From NCBI GenBank assembly GCA_964503625.1, contig CAZDAU010000001.1:2101-66100 (forward strand): DNA of 64,000 nucleotides, written 5' to 3'. Origin of the DNA: an uncultured Anaerolinea sp. (GTDB taxonomy: Bacteria; Chloroflexota; Anaerolineae; Anaerolineales; UBA4823). A program made the position numbers and the translations under genes. This document shows positions 1 to 8,790 of the stretch, piece after piece. Numbering within the stretch: position 1 is the stretch's first letter; every line of letters starts with the position of its first letter. Under the pieces are notes generated by a model, which was given only the letters and a program-made list of their open reading frames with translations, had not been told where the DNA came from and ran no database searches.

Positions 1-796
1 CTTCTTCACCAGGAGCCGCCCTTCCTTCGGGCTCTTCACCAATATACCCCACCCACAGATCGTTGATCCGACCTTCCACATCTGACCGGCGGGTGCAAAG
101 CAACCAGTTCTCATCCGGCGACACCGATAGCACCCGCCCGTCCAGGTCACCGGTGGTCAGCACGGCCCGGCGATTGCTGGTGTTCCCTTCAATCTTCCAG
201 AGGTTCCCATCTCGCAGGTAATAGATGGTGCCCGAAATTTCCACCGGCGCAAATGGCGTTTGAACACCGATCATGCGGATTTCTGGCAGCGGCTCTTCCA
301 GGATTACGGAATTCACCGGCATCGGCTGGCTGGAAACTTCCACACCATCTTCAAACACCCGGCGATAGGTGATCTCTTGGAGGCCGTTCTTACCTCTCTG
401 GATCAGAATTTCTTGTTCAACCGGCAGCGATTCATTGCGCAACGTCTGGCGCTCGAAGGGCAAGACCACCTGCTCAACCTCGAACTCTTCGCTCACCCGC
501 ACCAGGCGAACCTTCGCCCCATCGCTCAAGACGGTGTAAGAGGGCGGCTCAAGACGGTCCAGGGCATCCAGCTCCAGCCCTGCCTGGTCCAGCGCCTGTT
601 GCACTGTGCTGCCTGCCGGGAGGGCAACAATCGTTGTTTCACCATCCGCGGTCAATTCCACCTGGATGAGCGCCTGCGTGGCTTGCGGCGCAGCACAGCC
701 GGCTGCAAGCCAGGCAAGCAGAAACACCAGGCCCATCCACACCCATTGGCCCCCCCCTGCAGCGCTATCAATCGTCCGGGAATGGTATAATCGCAT
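1..796 (-). CDS. secreted DUF348/G5-domain protein, partial (C-terminus beyond window edge)
   Basis: Absent from the ORF track because it runs off the edge. My minus-strand translation from ATG 796 gives MRLYHSRTIDSAAGGGQWVWMGLVFLLAWLAAGCAAPQ (signal, lipobox-like). This is followed by a DUF348-like segment (TIVALPAGSTVQQALDQAGLELD...AKVRLVRV), a G5-like segment (ILIQRGKNGLQEITYRRVFEDGVEV) and propeller-like YYLRDGNLWKIEG. The ATG lies 1 nt after the upstream stop. Confidence 0.6.
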   Translation of the reverse strand, partial: MRLYHSRTIDSAAGGGQWVWMGLVFLLAWLAAGCAAPQATQALIQVELTADGETTIVALPAGSTVQQALDQAGLELDALDRLEPPSYTVLSDGAKVRLVRVSEEFEVEQVVLPFERQTLRNESLPVEQEILIQRGKNGLQEITYRRVFEDGVEVSSQPMPVNSVILEEPLPEIRMIGVQTPFAPVEISGTIYYLRDGNLWKIEGNTSNRRAVLTTGDLDGRVLSVSPDENWLLCTRRSDVEGRINDLWVGYIGEEPEGRAAPGEE

Positions 797-797
797 C

Positions 798-1379
798 CTA
801 CCGTGGATAAGCCACAATGGTCATCTTGCCATCAGCAATGGTGATGCTTTCGATCGCCACGGAGCCAGCTTCTTGGGCCAGCCGAGAGACCAGCAACTGG
901 TTGAAGTTAGCCGTAAATTGATCGGTGACACTTTGCGGCAGGGAGAGCGGCCCAATCTTGGCTTCCATCACATCTGTTTGGGGCATCCCTTGCGCGTTGA
1001 CTGTAATCCGCAGAGCGACGCTCAGCGGCAAATCAAAACCGCCCTGGTTGGCTGTCCCGCTGACTCGGATCACGCCGTCGCGCAAGAACACCTGGATGTT
1101 GCTGACCGGTGTATCGCCGGTAGACTGCAACTCCAGCGCTGCAGCGGAGGTCAATTGTTGCTCGGTGAATTCAAGCACGATCGGCCCGCCGCTGATCGCC
1201 GTGGCTGCAGCCGATGCCACCTGCGTCGCCAGTTCTCCCACAGATGCTTCCGAGACCGGGATCGGCGTGGACTCTGTCCTGCCCAACCCCCGCCCGGGCA
1301 AGTTGCACGCCAATCCGGCAATGACCAAACTCAGGACAGTAAGCAGCAATAAAAATGTGCGTTTATGATCTAAACTCAT
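798..1379 (-). CDS. hypothetical signal-anchored/secreted protein
   Basis: 193-aa ORF. The N-terminus MSLDHKRTFLLLLTVLSLVIAGLAC is a signal/TM segment. AAGGAG lies 6 nt upstream of the ATG. No family recognised. Confidence 0.6.
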   Translation of the reverse strand: MSLDHKRTFLLLLTVLSLVIAGLACNLPGRGLGRTESTPIPVSEASVGELATQVASAAATAISGGPIVLEFTEQQLTSAAALELQSTGDTPVSNIQVFLRDGVIRVSGTANQGGFDLPLSVALRITVNAQGMPQTDVMEAKIGPLSLPQSVTDQFTANFNQLLVSRLAQEAGSVAIESITIADGKMTIVAYPR

Positions 1380-1436
1380 TCAAACTCCTTTTCTGTACCA
1401 ATTCCGCTGAATTGTATCATAGGCTGGGCAATTGAA

Positions 1437-2075
1437 ATGAGCGACTCGCAATTGACTGAAGCGTCCCAAAATCATTCTGAGGCCGGCGTTCCAGCCCCTG
1501 ACCTTTCAGACGCTGGACACGCCGGACCGGTTCCCCCTCCTGCTGCTCAGGCCGGCCCCGCCATGGACCTTCTGGCCGGTCTGGAAGCGCTGCTCTTTGT
1601 CGCCCCAGGCGCGGTGACCCCTGCCCAGCTTGCCGCCGCTATGGAGCTGACCACACCCGAGATTGAACGCGGCCTGGAAGAGCTGGAGTCTTATTACCAA
1701 CAAGCAATCCCTGCCCGCGGCTTGCGCCTGCAGCGTTATCGTGGCCGGGTCCAGCTGACCACGTTCCCCGCCGCCGCGCCTGCGGTTGAGCGTTTTCTTG
1801 GCCTGGAAGCCAGCAGCCGTCTGAGCCGGGCTGCCCTGGAAACCCTGGCCATCATCCTCTATCGCCAGCCAGTCACCCGGCCGCAGATCGATGCCGTGCG
1901 CGGCGTCAACAGCGATGGCGTGCTCAAGAGCCTGCTGCTCAAAGGGCTCATCCAGGAAGTTGGCCGGGCTGAAGCTCCGGGCCGCCCCATCCTCTACAGC
2001 GCTACCCCAGAATGCCTGCAATATTTCGGGCTGTCCTCGCTTTCTGAGCTGCCCCCCTTGGACCTGGACATTTAA
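1437..2075 (+). CDS. scpB: segregation and condensation protein B
   Basis: 212 aa. LEALLFVAPGAVTPAQLAAAM... and SRAALETLAIILYRQPVTRPQIDAVRGVNSDGVLKSLLLKGLI are typical ScpB winged-helix segments. An Ala/Pro-rich N-tail is present. Confidence 0.9.
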   Translation: MSDSQLTEASQNHSEAGVPAPDLSDAGHAGPVPPPAAQAGPAMDLLAGLEALLFVAPGAVTPAQLAAAMELTTPEIERGLEELESYYQQAIPARGLRLQRYRGRVQLTTFPAAAPAVERFLGLEASSRLSRAALETLAIILYRQPVTRPQIDAVRGVNSDGVLKSLLLKGLIQEVGRAEAPGRPILYSATPECLQYFGLSSLSELPPLDLDI

Positions 2076-2219
2076 CAGCATCGAGAGCGCACTCCCACAG
2101 ATCCCCATAGCTGACCACCCAGGCCGGGAGAAGGCACTTGCCGGGTTGTTGTTTTGCCAAAAAGCAATGAAACAACATAACCAAACCGGAGATCTTCGCG
2201 CCCGTGCTATTGTGATTTC

Positions 2220-2237
2220 AATCACCAATTGGTGATT
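2220..2237. promoter_or_regulatory. 18-bp perfect palindrome AATCACCAATTGGTGATT (operator-like)
   Basis: Read directly in the scpB-rluB spacer. An extra GTGATTTC copy at 2212-2219 repeats 2232-2239, 20 nt apart. Confidence 0.3.
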
Positions 2238-2285
2238 TCCGCCGCGAGCTCCACGCTGATTGTCTGGCCTCACGCCGATTTGCGA

Positions 2286-2291
2286 TATAAT
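2286..2291 (+). promoter_or_regulatory. TATAAT -10 box 8 nt upstream of the rluB GTG (leaderless-type)
   Basis: gcgaTATAATacccaatcGTG. There is no purine-rich SD between the box and the start codon. Confidence 0.35.
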
Positions 2292-2299
2292 ACCCAATC

Positions 2300-3184
2300 G
2301 TGGAAGAGCGTCTGCAAAAACTTATGGCCCGAGCAGGCCTGGGCTCGCGCCGCGCCTGCGAGGTGCTGATCTCAGCCGGCAGGGTGACGGTCAACGGCCG
2401 CGTGGCCGGGTTAGGTGACAAGGCCGATCCGCAGCATGACCGGATTTTGGTTGACGGCCGGCCTTTGAAATTACCCGAAGGTCCGGTTTATATTGCCTTG
2501 CATAAACCGCGCGGTGTCCTCTCGGCCGTCAGCTCCCCGGACCCGCGCCCAACAGTGCGCGATCTGGTTGACCTGCCCGGCCATCTCTACCCCGTGGGCC
2601 GCCTGGATGTGGATAGCGAAGGTCTGATCCTGCTCACCAGCGATGGTGACCTGGCCAACCGTCTAACCCACCCTCGCTACGGGCATGAGAAAGAATACCG
2701 CGTCCTGGTCGCCCGCCGGCCGGATGAAGAGCAACTCGATACCTGGCGCCGGGGGGTGGTGCTGGAAGATGGTTATCGCACCGCTCCAGTCGAAGTGCGC
2801 CTGGACGGGACTTTTGGCAAAGGCGCCTGGCTGCGGGTGGTGATGAAAGAAGGGCGCAAACGCCAGATCCGCGAAACTGGATCGCAAATTGGCCTGCCGG
2901 TGGTCAAGATCATCCGGGTGCGCATTGGCAGCTTGCGCCTGGGTAATCTGAAGCCGCGCGAGTGGCGCCGCCTGACAGACGACGAAGTCGCCGAGTTAAA
3001 AGGCCAACCAGCGCAAAATCCCAAACCCGCCCCCTCAAAACCCCCAGGCGGGTCAAACCTGCCCTGGAAGAAAAGCGCGCCTTCTCATCCGTCTTTAGGC
3101 AAGCATCCCGCTCAAAAGCCGCCCTACCCGCCCGCTTCTTATCCAAAGCCTCGCTCAGGCAAAACCCGCCAACACAAAGGATAG
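2300..3184 (+). CDS. rluB: 23S rRNA pseudouridine synthase, RsuA/RluB family
   Basis: S4 domain (ERLQKLMARAGLGSRRACEVLISAGRVTVNG) plus catalytic motif GRLDVDSEGLILLT. GTG start. Pro/Lys-rich C-terminal tail. The position after scpB is the usual one. Confidence 0.85.
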   Translation: MEERLQKLMARAGLGSRRACEVLISAGRVTVNGRVAGLGDKADPQHDRILVDGRPLKLPEGPVYIALHKPRGVLSAVSSPDPRPTVRDLVDLPGHLYPVGRLDVDSEGLILLTSDGDLANRLTHPRYGHEKEYRVLVARRPDEEQLDTWRRGVVLEDGYRTAPVEVRLDGTFGKGAWLRVVMKEGRKRQIRETGSQIGLPVVKIIRVRIGSLRLGNLKPREWRRLTDDEVAELKGQPAQNPKPAPSKPPGGSNLPWKKSAPSHPSLGKHPAQKPPYPPASYPKPRSGKTRQHKG

Positions 3185-3253
3185 GAGCGCCTTCGATTTC
3201 TACATCTGGCATTCTATTCCATTTGGAATACTTTTAGTTGACAAGGAATTTTC

Positions 3254-6200
3254 ATGCCAATCACTGACGACAATCACGCCAGCTGGTTAGACCGGCCTTT
3301 GTTTGCCAAATTCTCGCTGAACATCGAGACCTTGCTCTGGGTGATCATCCTGGTGCTGGCTATCTTCAGCCGCTTTTATATCCTGGGCGCCCGGGTGATG
3401 AGCCACGATGAGAACTCGCATGTCTATTACTCCTGGCGTTTTGCCAATGGACAGGGTTTCGCTCACGATCCGTTGATGCACGGGCCAATCCAATTCCACC
3501 TGCTGGCCCTCTCCTACTTCATGTTCGGCGACAACGACTTCACTGCCCGCGTGCCAGCGGCGCTGTTCAGCGTTGCTGCAGTGGGATTCCTGTGGTTCTA
3601 CCGCCGCTACCTGGGTCGCGCCGGCGCGCTGGTCGGCGCCGTTTTGATGCTCATCTCACCCTATATGCTCTATTATGGGCGTTATGCCCGCAACGAAGCC
3701 TTCATCGAGTTGTTTGGCGTGGTCACCATCTGGGCCATCTTGCGCTATCTGGAAACCGGCTGGCCCCGTTACCTCTACTGGTTAACCCTGGCGACAGTTC
3801 TGCATTTCACAGCCAAAGAAACTTCATTTATCTATACTGCCCAGGCCATGCTCTTTCTGGGAGCATACACCATCTACAAAATCACCCAGGAGCGCTGGCC
3901 CTATACCGAGTACCGCAATCGCTTTATCCTTGCCCTGATCATTGCTCTGGTTCTCTTTGCCGCCCTCGGCGGATACCTGGTTTTTAGCAGCCTTGAAGAG
4001 ACAGGCCCAGCCCCATCGCCTGCCAACCCAACTGAGATCGTGGGGCCATTGGTGCCGCCCGGCGCTCCTGATCCCATCGCCGCCGCGCTGGCCGGGCTGT
4101 TTGCCCTGGCCGTTGCAGCCGGGTTGTACTTCCTGGTGCGCGGATACACCCTGCAAGGCCTGCGCGCCAGCCGCCCCTTTGGAGCGCTGATCGTGCTTGG
4201 CACCCTGGTGCTGCCCCAGTTAGCTGCCTTTCCGGTGCGCTGGATGGGTTGGGGAATACCGACAAATGCTTCCGAGGTCATGGCCCTGGACATCACCCGC
4301 ATACTTCAGATTGCAGCTTTTCTTGTTCCGCTCACCATCCTGTCGATCGTCATTGGCCTGATTTGGAACCCGCGCCTGTGGCTGATCAACGCTGCCATCT
4401 GGTACGGCGTGTTTACCCTTTTTTATACCTCTCTTTTCACAAACGGCGCCGGATTTTTCACCGGCATGGTCGGCTCGCTGGGCTACTGGTTGGAACAACA
4501 GGGCGTGCAGCGCGGCAACCAGCCCTGGTATTACTATTTTCTCATCCAGGTGCCGGTTTATGAATATCTGGCCGCCCTGGGGACATTGCTCGCTTTTGGC
4601 ATGGCTTTCTATGCTTTCATCCGAAAAAAGGAGCCGCAGGCAGAGCTGACCCAACCAGTGCCGGTTGAAATCGGCCAGATTGAAGAAAACGGCGGTGAAG
4701 AAATGGCTGCAGCTGAATACGCAGCCAGCCTGAGCGCCGAAGACGACGGCCTGGACTATCCTGACCGCCCAAATTACGCTGCCGATTACAGCACCGCCGA
4801 CGATATTTGGGTTGAACACGCCCAGCCCACCCCAATAATGCGCTACCCCGCCCCTGGCGACATGGAAAGCGCTCCAGTGCTGCCATTGCTTGGCTTCTGG
4901 GCGGTCAGCAGCCTGCTCGCGTATTCAATCGCTGGCGAAAAGATGCCCTGGCTGACCGTCCACATCGCCTTGCCGGCGATTCTGTGCGCTGCCTGGGCGC
5001 TGGGCCGCCTGATCGATGCAACCGATTGGACTCTTTTGCGCCAGCGGCATGGCTGGTTAACCTTGCTCCTTCTGCCAGTGTTTCTGCTGAGTTTTTTTGC
5101 CTCCCTGGGCGCCTTGCTCAGTCCCACCCCGCCCTTCCAGGGGCAAGAGCTGGCCCAACTCCAGGCAACCAGCACATTCTTGCTGAGCTTCCTGACCAGC
5201 CTTGTCAGCGGGGCGGGCTTGCTTTACCTGGTGCGGGGCTGGCCAATGATCCAGTTTTTGCGCCTGTCCACGCTGGTCTTTTTTAGCCTGCTGGCCGTGC
5301 TGACTGTCCGCACTTCGATCCAGGCCAACTTTTACAATTACGACTACGCCAACGAGCTCCTGGTTTATGCCCACTCAGCCCCCGGCGTCAAGGTCGCTCT
5401 CGATCAAATTGAAGAGATCTCCCGCCGCACAACCGACGGCTTAGGCATTCGGGTAGCCTATGATAACGAGACTTCCTATCCCTATTGGTGGTATCTGCGC
5501 GATTATCCAAACGCACAATACTACGGCCAAAATCCTTCTCGCGCGCTGCGCGACGCGCCAGTCATCCTGGTGGGGGATGCCAACTTCGGCAAAATCGAGC
5601 CGGTAGTGGCCAACCTGTACGACCAGTTTGACTATATTCGATTGTGGTGGCCCAATCAGGACTACTACGACCTGACCTGGGAACGTATCCGAGACGCCTG
5701 GACTGATCCGGTCATGCGTCAGGCGCTGTTTCAGATCTGGATAAACCGTGACTACACGAAGTATGGCCAGGCTATCGGTAGAGACATGAGTCTGTCTACC
5801 TGGAATCCGGCAGCGCGCATGCGCCTGTACATCCGCAAAGATATTGCCTCCAGCCTGTGGAATTACGGCGCCGCCCCGGTCGCTGAAGCCATCCAGACCG
5901 ATCCCTTCGAAAACAGGCACCAGATGCTGGCCGCCGATCAGGTGATTGGCTCCGCCGGAAGCCTGCCCGGCCAGTTCCAGCGCCCGCGCGACCTGGCGGT
6001 TGCCTCGGATGGCAGCCTGTACGTGGTCGATAGCGACAATCACCGCATCCAGCACCTTTCTCCAGATGGCGAGCCCTTGCAGGTTTGGGGCAGCTTTGGC
6101 GATGTGAATGCCGGCCCGGCTGCGGGGGGCGCCTTCAATCAGCCCTGGGGCATTGGTTTAGCGCCGGACGGCTCGGTGTTCATAGCCGACACCTGGAACC

Positions 6201-6811
6201 ACAGAGTGCAGAAGTTTAATGCCCAGGGCGAGTTCCTGACCATGTGGGGTTACTTTGGCCAGGGTGAACAGCCAGACGCATTCTGGGGACCTCGGGATGT
6301 GGTTGTCGATCGAACCGGGCGGGTGTATGTCACCGATACCGGCAATAAACGGGTGGTGGTTTTTGACGGCGACGGCAACTACCTGACCCAGTTTGGCAGC
6401 GCCGGGATGGGCCCAGGCCAGTTTGACGAGCCGGTCGGCCTGGCTATTGACGCCAATGGGCTGGTTTACGTTGCGGATACCTGGAACCAGCGCATCCAGG
6501 TCTTTCGGGAGGATGAATCGGGGAATTTCCTGCCTTTCCGCTCCTGGGATTTCCTGGGCTGGTATGGCCAATCTCTGGATAACAAGCCTTACCTGGCAGT
6601 GGATAACCGCGGCTCGGTGTTTGCCACTGATCCGGAAGGCTACCGGATCGTGCAGTTCAGCGATACGGGTGAGGCGGTGAGCTCGTGGGGCGATTATGGC
6701 GCTGGCCTGGACACCTTTGGCCTGCCGGCTTCGGTGGCGGTTGCACCAGATGGCAGCATCTGGGTGACGGATGCTGGCAACAGCAGATTAATGCGTTTCG
6801 TTCTCCCTTAG
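3254..6811 (+). CDS. polytopic membrane glycosyltransferase-like protein (GT-C, TIGR03663/PMT_2-like N-terminus) fused to a six-bladed NHL-repeat domain
   Basis: 1185 aa. The N-terminal motif SHDENSHVYYSW...DPLMHGPIQFH is followed by many TM helices. The C-terminal ~330 aa carry NHL repeats (FQRPRDLAVASDGSLYVVDSDNHRIQ; FNQPWGIGLAPDGSVFIADTWNHRVQ; FDEPVGLAIDANGLVYVADTWNQRIQ). Confidence 0.75.
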   Translation: MPITDDNHASWLDRPLFAKFSLNIETLLWVIILVLAIFSRFYILGARVMSHDENSHVYYSWRFANGQGFAHDPLMHGPIQFHLLALSYFMFGDNDFTARVPAALFSVAAVGFLWFYRRYLGRAGALVGAVLMLISPYMLYYGRYARNEAFIELFGVVTIWAILRYLETGWPRYLYWLTLATVLHFTAKETSFIYTAQAMLFLGAYTIYKITQERWPYTEYRNRFILALIIALVLFAALGGYLVFSSLEETGPAPSPANPTEIVGPLVPPGAPDPIAAALAGLFALAVAAGLYFLVRGYTLQGLRASRPFGALIVLGTLVLPQLAAFPVRWMGWGIPTNASEVMALDITRILQIAAFLVPLTILSIVIGLIWNPRLWLINAAIWYGVFTLFYTSLFTNGAGFFTGMVGSLGYWLEQQGVQRGNQPWYYYFLIQVPVYEYLAALGTLLAFGMAFYAFIRKKEPQAELTQPVPVEIGQIEENGGEEMAAAEYAASLSAEDDGLDYPDRPNYAADYSTADDIWVEHAQPTPIMRYPAPGDMESAPVLPLLGFWAVSSLLAYSIAGEKMPWLTVHIALPAILCAAWALGRLIDATDWTLLRQRHGWLTLLLLPVFLLSFFASLGALLSPTPPFQGQELAQLQATSTFLLSFLTSLVSGAGLLYLVRGWPMIQFLRLSTLVFFSLLAVLTVRTSIQANFYNYDYANELLVYAHSAPGVKVALDQIEEISRRTTDGLGIRVAYDNETSYPYWWYLRDYPNAQYYGQNPSRALRDAPVILVGDANFGKIEPVVANLYDQFDYIRLWWPNQDYYDLTWERIRDAWTDPVMRQALFQIWINRDYTKYGQAIGRDMSLSTWNPAARMRLYIRKDIASSLWNYGAAPVAEAIQTDPFENRHQMLAADQVIGSAGSLPGQFQRPRDLAVASDGSLYVVDSDNHRIQHLSPDGEPLQVWGSFGDVNAGPAAGGAFNQPWGIGLAPDGSVFIADTWNHRVQKFNAQGEFLTMWGYFGQGEQPDAFWGPRDVVVDRTGRVYVTDTGNKRVVVFDGDGNYLTQFGSAGMGPGQFDEPVGLAIDANGLVYVADTWNQRIQVFREDESGNFLPFRSWDFLGWYGQSLDNKPYLAVDNRGSVFATDPEGYRIVQFSDTGEAVSSWGDYGAGLDTFGLPASVAVAPDGSIWVTDAGNSRLMRFVLP

Positions 6812-6862
6812 TCTGCGATGCGGAGCCGCCCTTTTTGGGGGCAGCCCCAGCCAAGGTCCTGG

Positions 6863-7753
6863 TCAAGAACTGGCTGAAGAAAGTTTCAGCTTGCGCTGCT
6901 GGATGGCCCCTTCCGCCCAGAACAGGATCAATGCCGCCCAGATAAAGCTGAAACCCACCAGGCGCGCCTGGGTGAACGGCTCATCATAGACCAGCACACC
7001 CAGTAAAAACTGGCAAGTCGGCGCCACGTATTGCAGTACGCCCAGCAAGGTCAGGTCAATTCGCCGGGCCGCGGCGCCGAACAACAGCAAAGGTACAGAG
7101 GTGATCACACCTGTGCCGGCTAGCAGTATGTAAGTCTGCGGGTCATACCCACCCGAGGTGCCGGTCAGACGGCTGGAAAATAGCAACAGGTACAGTGCGG
7201 CAGGAATCAACAGGATCCCGGTTTCAATCGTCAGGCTGTGCAAGGATCCAAGCGGGGCAATTTTCTTCACCAGCCCATACAACCCAAATGAAAAGGCCAG
7301 AGCCAGCGCTATCCATGGCAGTTGACCATAGTTGACTGTCAGATACGCAACACCCAAAGCAGCCAGCCCAATGGGCACCCATTGCATCGGTCGCAATTTT
7401 TCGTGCAAGAACACCACCCCCAGCAGCACATTAAGCAAAGGATTGATAAAATAGCCCAGGCTGGTTTCAACAATGAAGCCAGAGTTTACCCCCCAGATAT
7501 AGATCAGCCAGTTGACGGACAGCAGACAGGCAGAAACTGCATAAGTGATCAGGATGCGGGGGCGGAGGGCCAGGCTGCGCAGGTTCGTCCAATCTTTCAA
7601 CAGCGTAATAATGATCGCCAGAAAGGCAAATGACCAGACGATACGATTACCCAGGATCTCCATCGCCGAGACATCCTGAAGCAGTTTGAAATAAATGGGG
7701 AAGAAGCCCCACATGAGGTACGCTCCTAACCCATAGAGAACGCCTTTATTCAT
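6863..7753 (-). CDS. rarD: EamA-family transporter RarD
   Basis: 296 aa with about 10 TM helices. The N-terminus MNKGVLYGLGAYLMWGFFPIYFKLL is RarD-like. Confidence 0.85.
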   Translation of the reverse strand: MNKGVLYGLGAYLMWGFFPIYFKLLQDVSAMEILGNRIVWSFAFLAIIITLLKDWTNLRSLALRPRILITYAVSACLLSVNWLIYIWGVNSGFIVETSLGYFINPLLNVLLGVVFLHEKLRPMQWVPIGLAALGVAYLTVNYGQLPWIALALAFSFGLYGLVKKIAPLGSLHSLTIETGILLIPAALYLLLFSSRLTGTSGGYDPQTYILLAGTGVITSVPLLLFGAAARRIDLTLLGVLQYVAPTCQFLLGVLVYDEPFTQARLVGFSFIWAALILFWAEGAIQQRKLKLSSASS

Positions 7754-7851
7754 AAATCACTCAGGTCCTTTGCCAGGTCTGATGCTCCCATGGTCCTGCG
7801 GTTGGGGCGGGTATGGCACAGCTCCCCAGACAACAAGGTTCTATCATACCA

Positions 7852-7889
7852 GAAAATGAAGGCGGGATGTTGAAGTTCAACATCCCGCC
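7852..7889 (-). terminator. rho-independent terminator downstream of the small membrane protein gene
   Basis: Minus strand reads GGCGGGATGTTG-AACTT-CAACATCCCGCC (12-bp perfect stem) followed by TTCATTTTCT. Confidence 0.7.
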
Positions 7890-7976
7890 TCAGGTCTCAT
7901 CCAAGCAGCAGATCAGGCAAGGAGAGCAACGGTTCTTGAGCTTTGGTTGAAAGAAACCTTTGCCAGCGATGGTTGC

Positions 7977-8207
7977 TCAAAACAGGCCACGGAAGACAAG
8001 CAGCAAGCCAATGATAAACAATGGCACGCCAATGATGGCGCCAATCACCGTCAGGCTGACCAGCGCGCCAGCAATCATCAGTACCAGGCCAAGCAGCACT
8101 GCCACAATCCGCCCAGTGACCCCCAGGATAATCCCAACCAGCCGCCAGATGGCCCAAAACGGCCACAAAAACCAGGGTACGCTTTTTTTCTCGACTGTTG
8201 CACTCAT
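7977..8207 (-). CDS. small two-TM membrane protein, unknown family
   Basis: ORF 7977..8219. The second ATG (8207) has GGAGG 5 nt upstream, giving MSATVEKKSVPWFLWPFWAIWRLVGIILGV... with two hydrophobic helices. Confidence 0.55.
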   Translation of the reverse strand: MSATVEKKSVPWFLWPFWAIWRLVGIILGVTGRIVAVLLGLVLMIAGALVSLTVIGAIIGVPLFIIGLLLVFRGLF

Positions 8208-8266
8208 TTCGACCTCCATGCACCAGTTTACGTTTCAGACATGAAAAGGTCGCGCTGGCATTCGCT

Positions 8267-8740
8267 TCAGGCCTGCTCTTTTCGAATTTGCTCGTAAATC
8301 TCCACCGGCAGGCCTTTGGCGCCGTCCAGGTTGGCGTAAATGAGGTTGGCGTCCTTTAACTTGGCGTGCCACAGATTAGCGCGGTTGAGAACGGCGCCAC
8401 GCAGGTTAGCGCTGCGCAAATCGGCTTCGCGCAGATCGGCGTCGGTCAGATCAACGGCCCGCAGGTCAGTGCCAACCAGACTGGCGCCTTGCAAATTAGC
8501 GCCTTGCAGGTTGGCTTCGCTCAGGTCGGCGTAATCCAGGCTGGCGTTCATCAGATTGACCTTGGCCAGGTCCGCCTGTGTCAAATTGGTGTGGTCCAGG
8601 TTAGAAAGGGCCAGGTTCGCCTCACTGAGCGAGAGATTGCGCAAGTCCACCGAGGCAAGGTTAATCCCGCGCAGGGTCAACCCACGCCCAGAGTTCATGG
8701 CAATCAGGTAAATAATCTGTTCCCTTGTCAGATCTGCCAT
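8267..8740 (-). CDS. pentapeptide repeat protein
   Basis: 157 aa, almost entirely A(D/N)LxX repeats (ANLQGANLQGASLVGTDLRAVDLTDADLREADLRSANLRGAVLNRANL). Confidence 0.85.
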   Translation of the reverse strand: MADLTREQIIYLIAMNSGRGLTLRGINLASVDLRNLSLSEANLALSNLDHTNLTQADLAKVNLMNASLDYADLSEANLQGANLQGASLVGTDLRAVDLTDADLREADLRSANLRGAVLNRANLWHAKLKDANLIYANLDGAKGLPVEIYEQIRKEQA

Positions 8741-8790
8741 TGAAATTCGCTCCTGAATATATTATCGCGTGGCGTGCAGCGTAACAGTTT

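Noticed and set aside
260-1368. Plus-strand ORFs of 176, 248 and 147 aa (260-790, 606-1352, 925-1368).
   Set aside because: They are shadows of the two well-formed minus-strand genes (1-796 and 798-1379). Their translations are Arg/Ala/Gly/Pro-rich with no signal, SD or family features, as expected for antisense frames in GC-rich DNA.
1506-2297. 263-aa minus-strand ORF antisense to scpB.
   Set aside because: It fully overlaps a clear ScpB gene and has low-complexity R/G/A/Q-rich sequence. It is a typical GC-rich shadow ORF.
6812-6862. A terminator between the convergent GT-C/NHL and rarD genes (GCGGAGCCGCCCTTTTTGGGGGCAGCCCC).
   Set aside because: Only 4-bp stems with 2-3-nt loops can be drawn, which is too weak to call despite the T-run.
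8267-8740. Highly repetitive nucleotide pattern (recurring ggcg/ttgg/caggt units) that could look like a tandem repeat or CRISPR-like array.
   Set aside because: The periodicity is 15 nt and in-frame. It is the DNA image of the pentapeptide-repeat protein, with no spacer/repeat structure and no cas genes.
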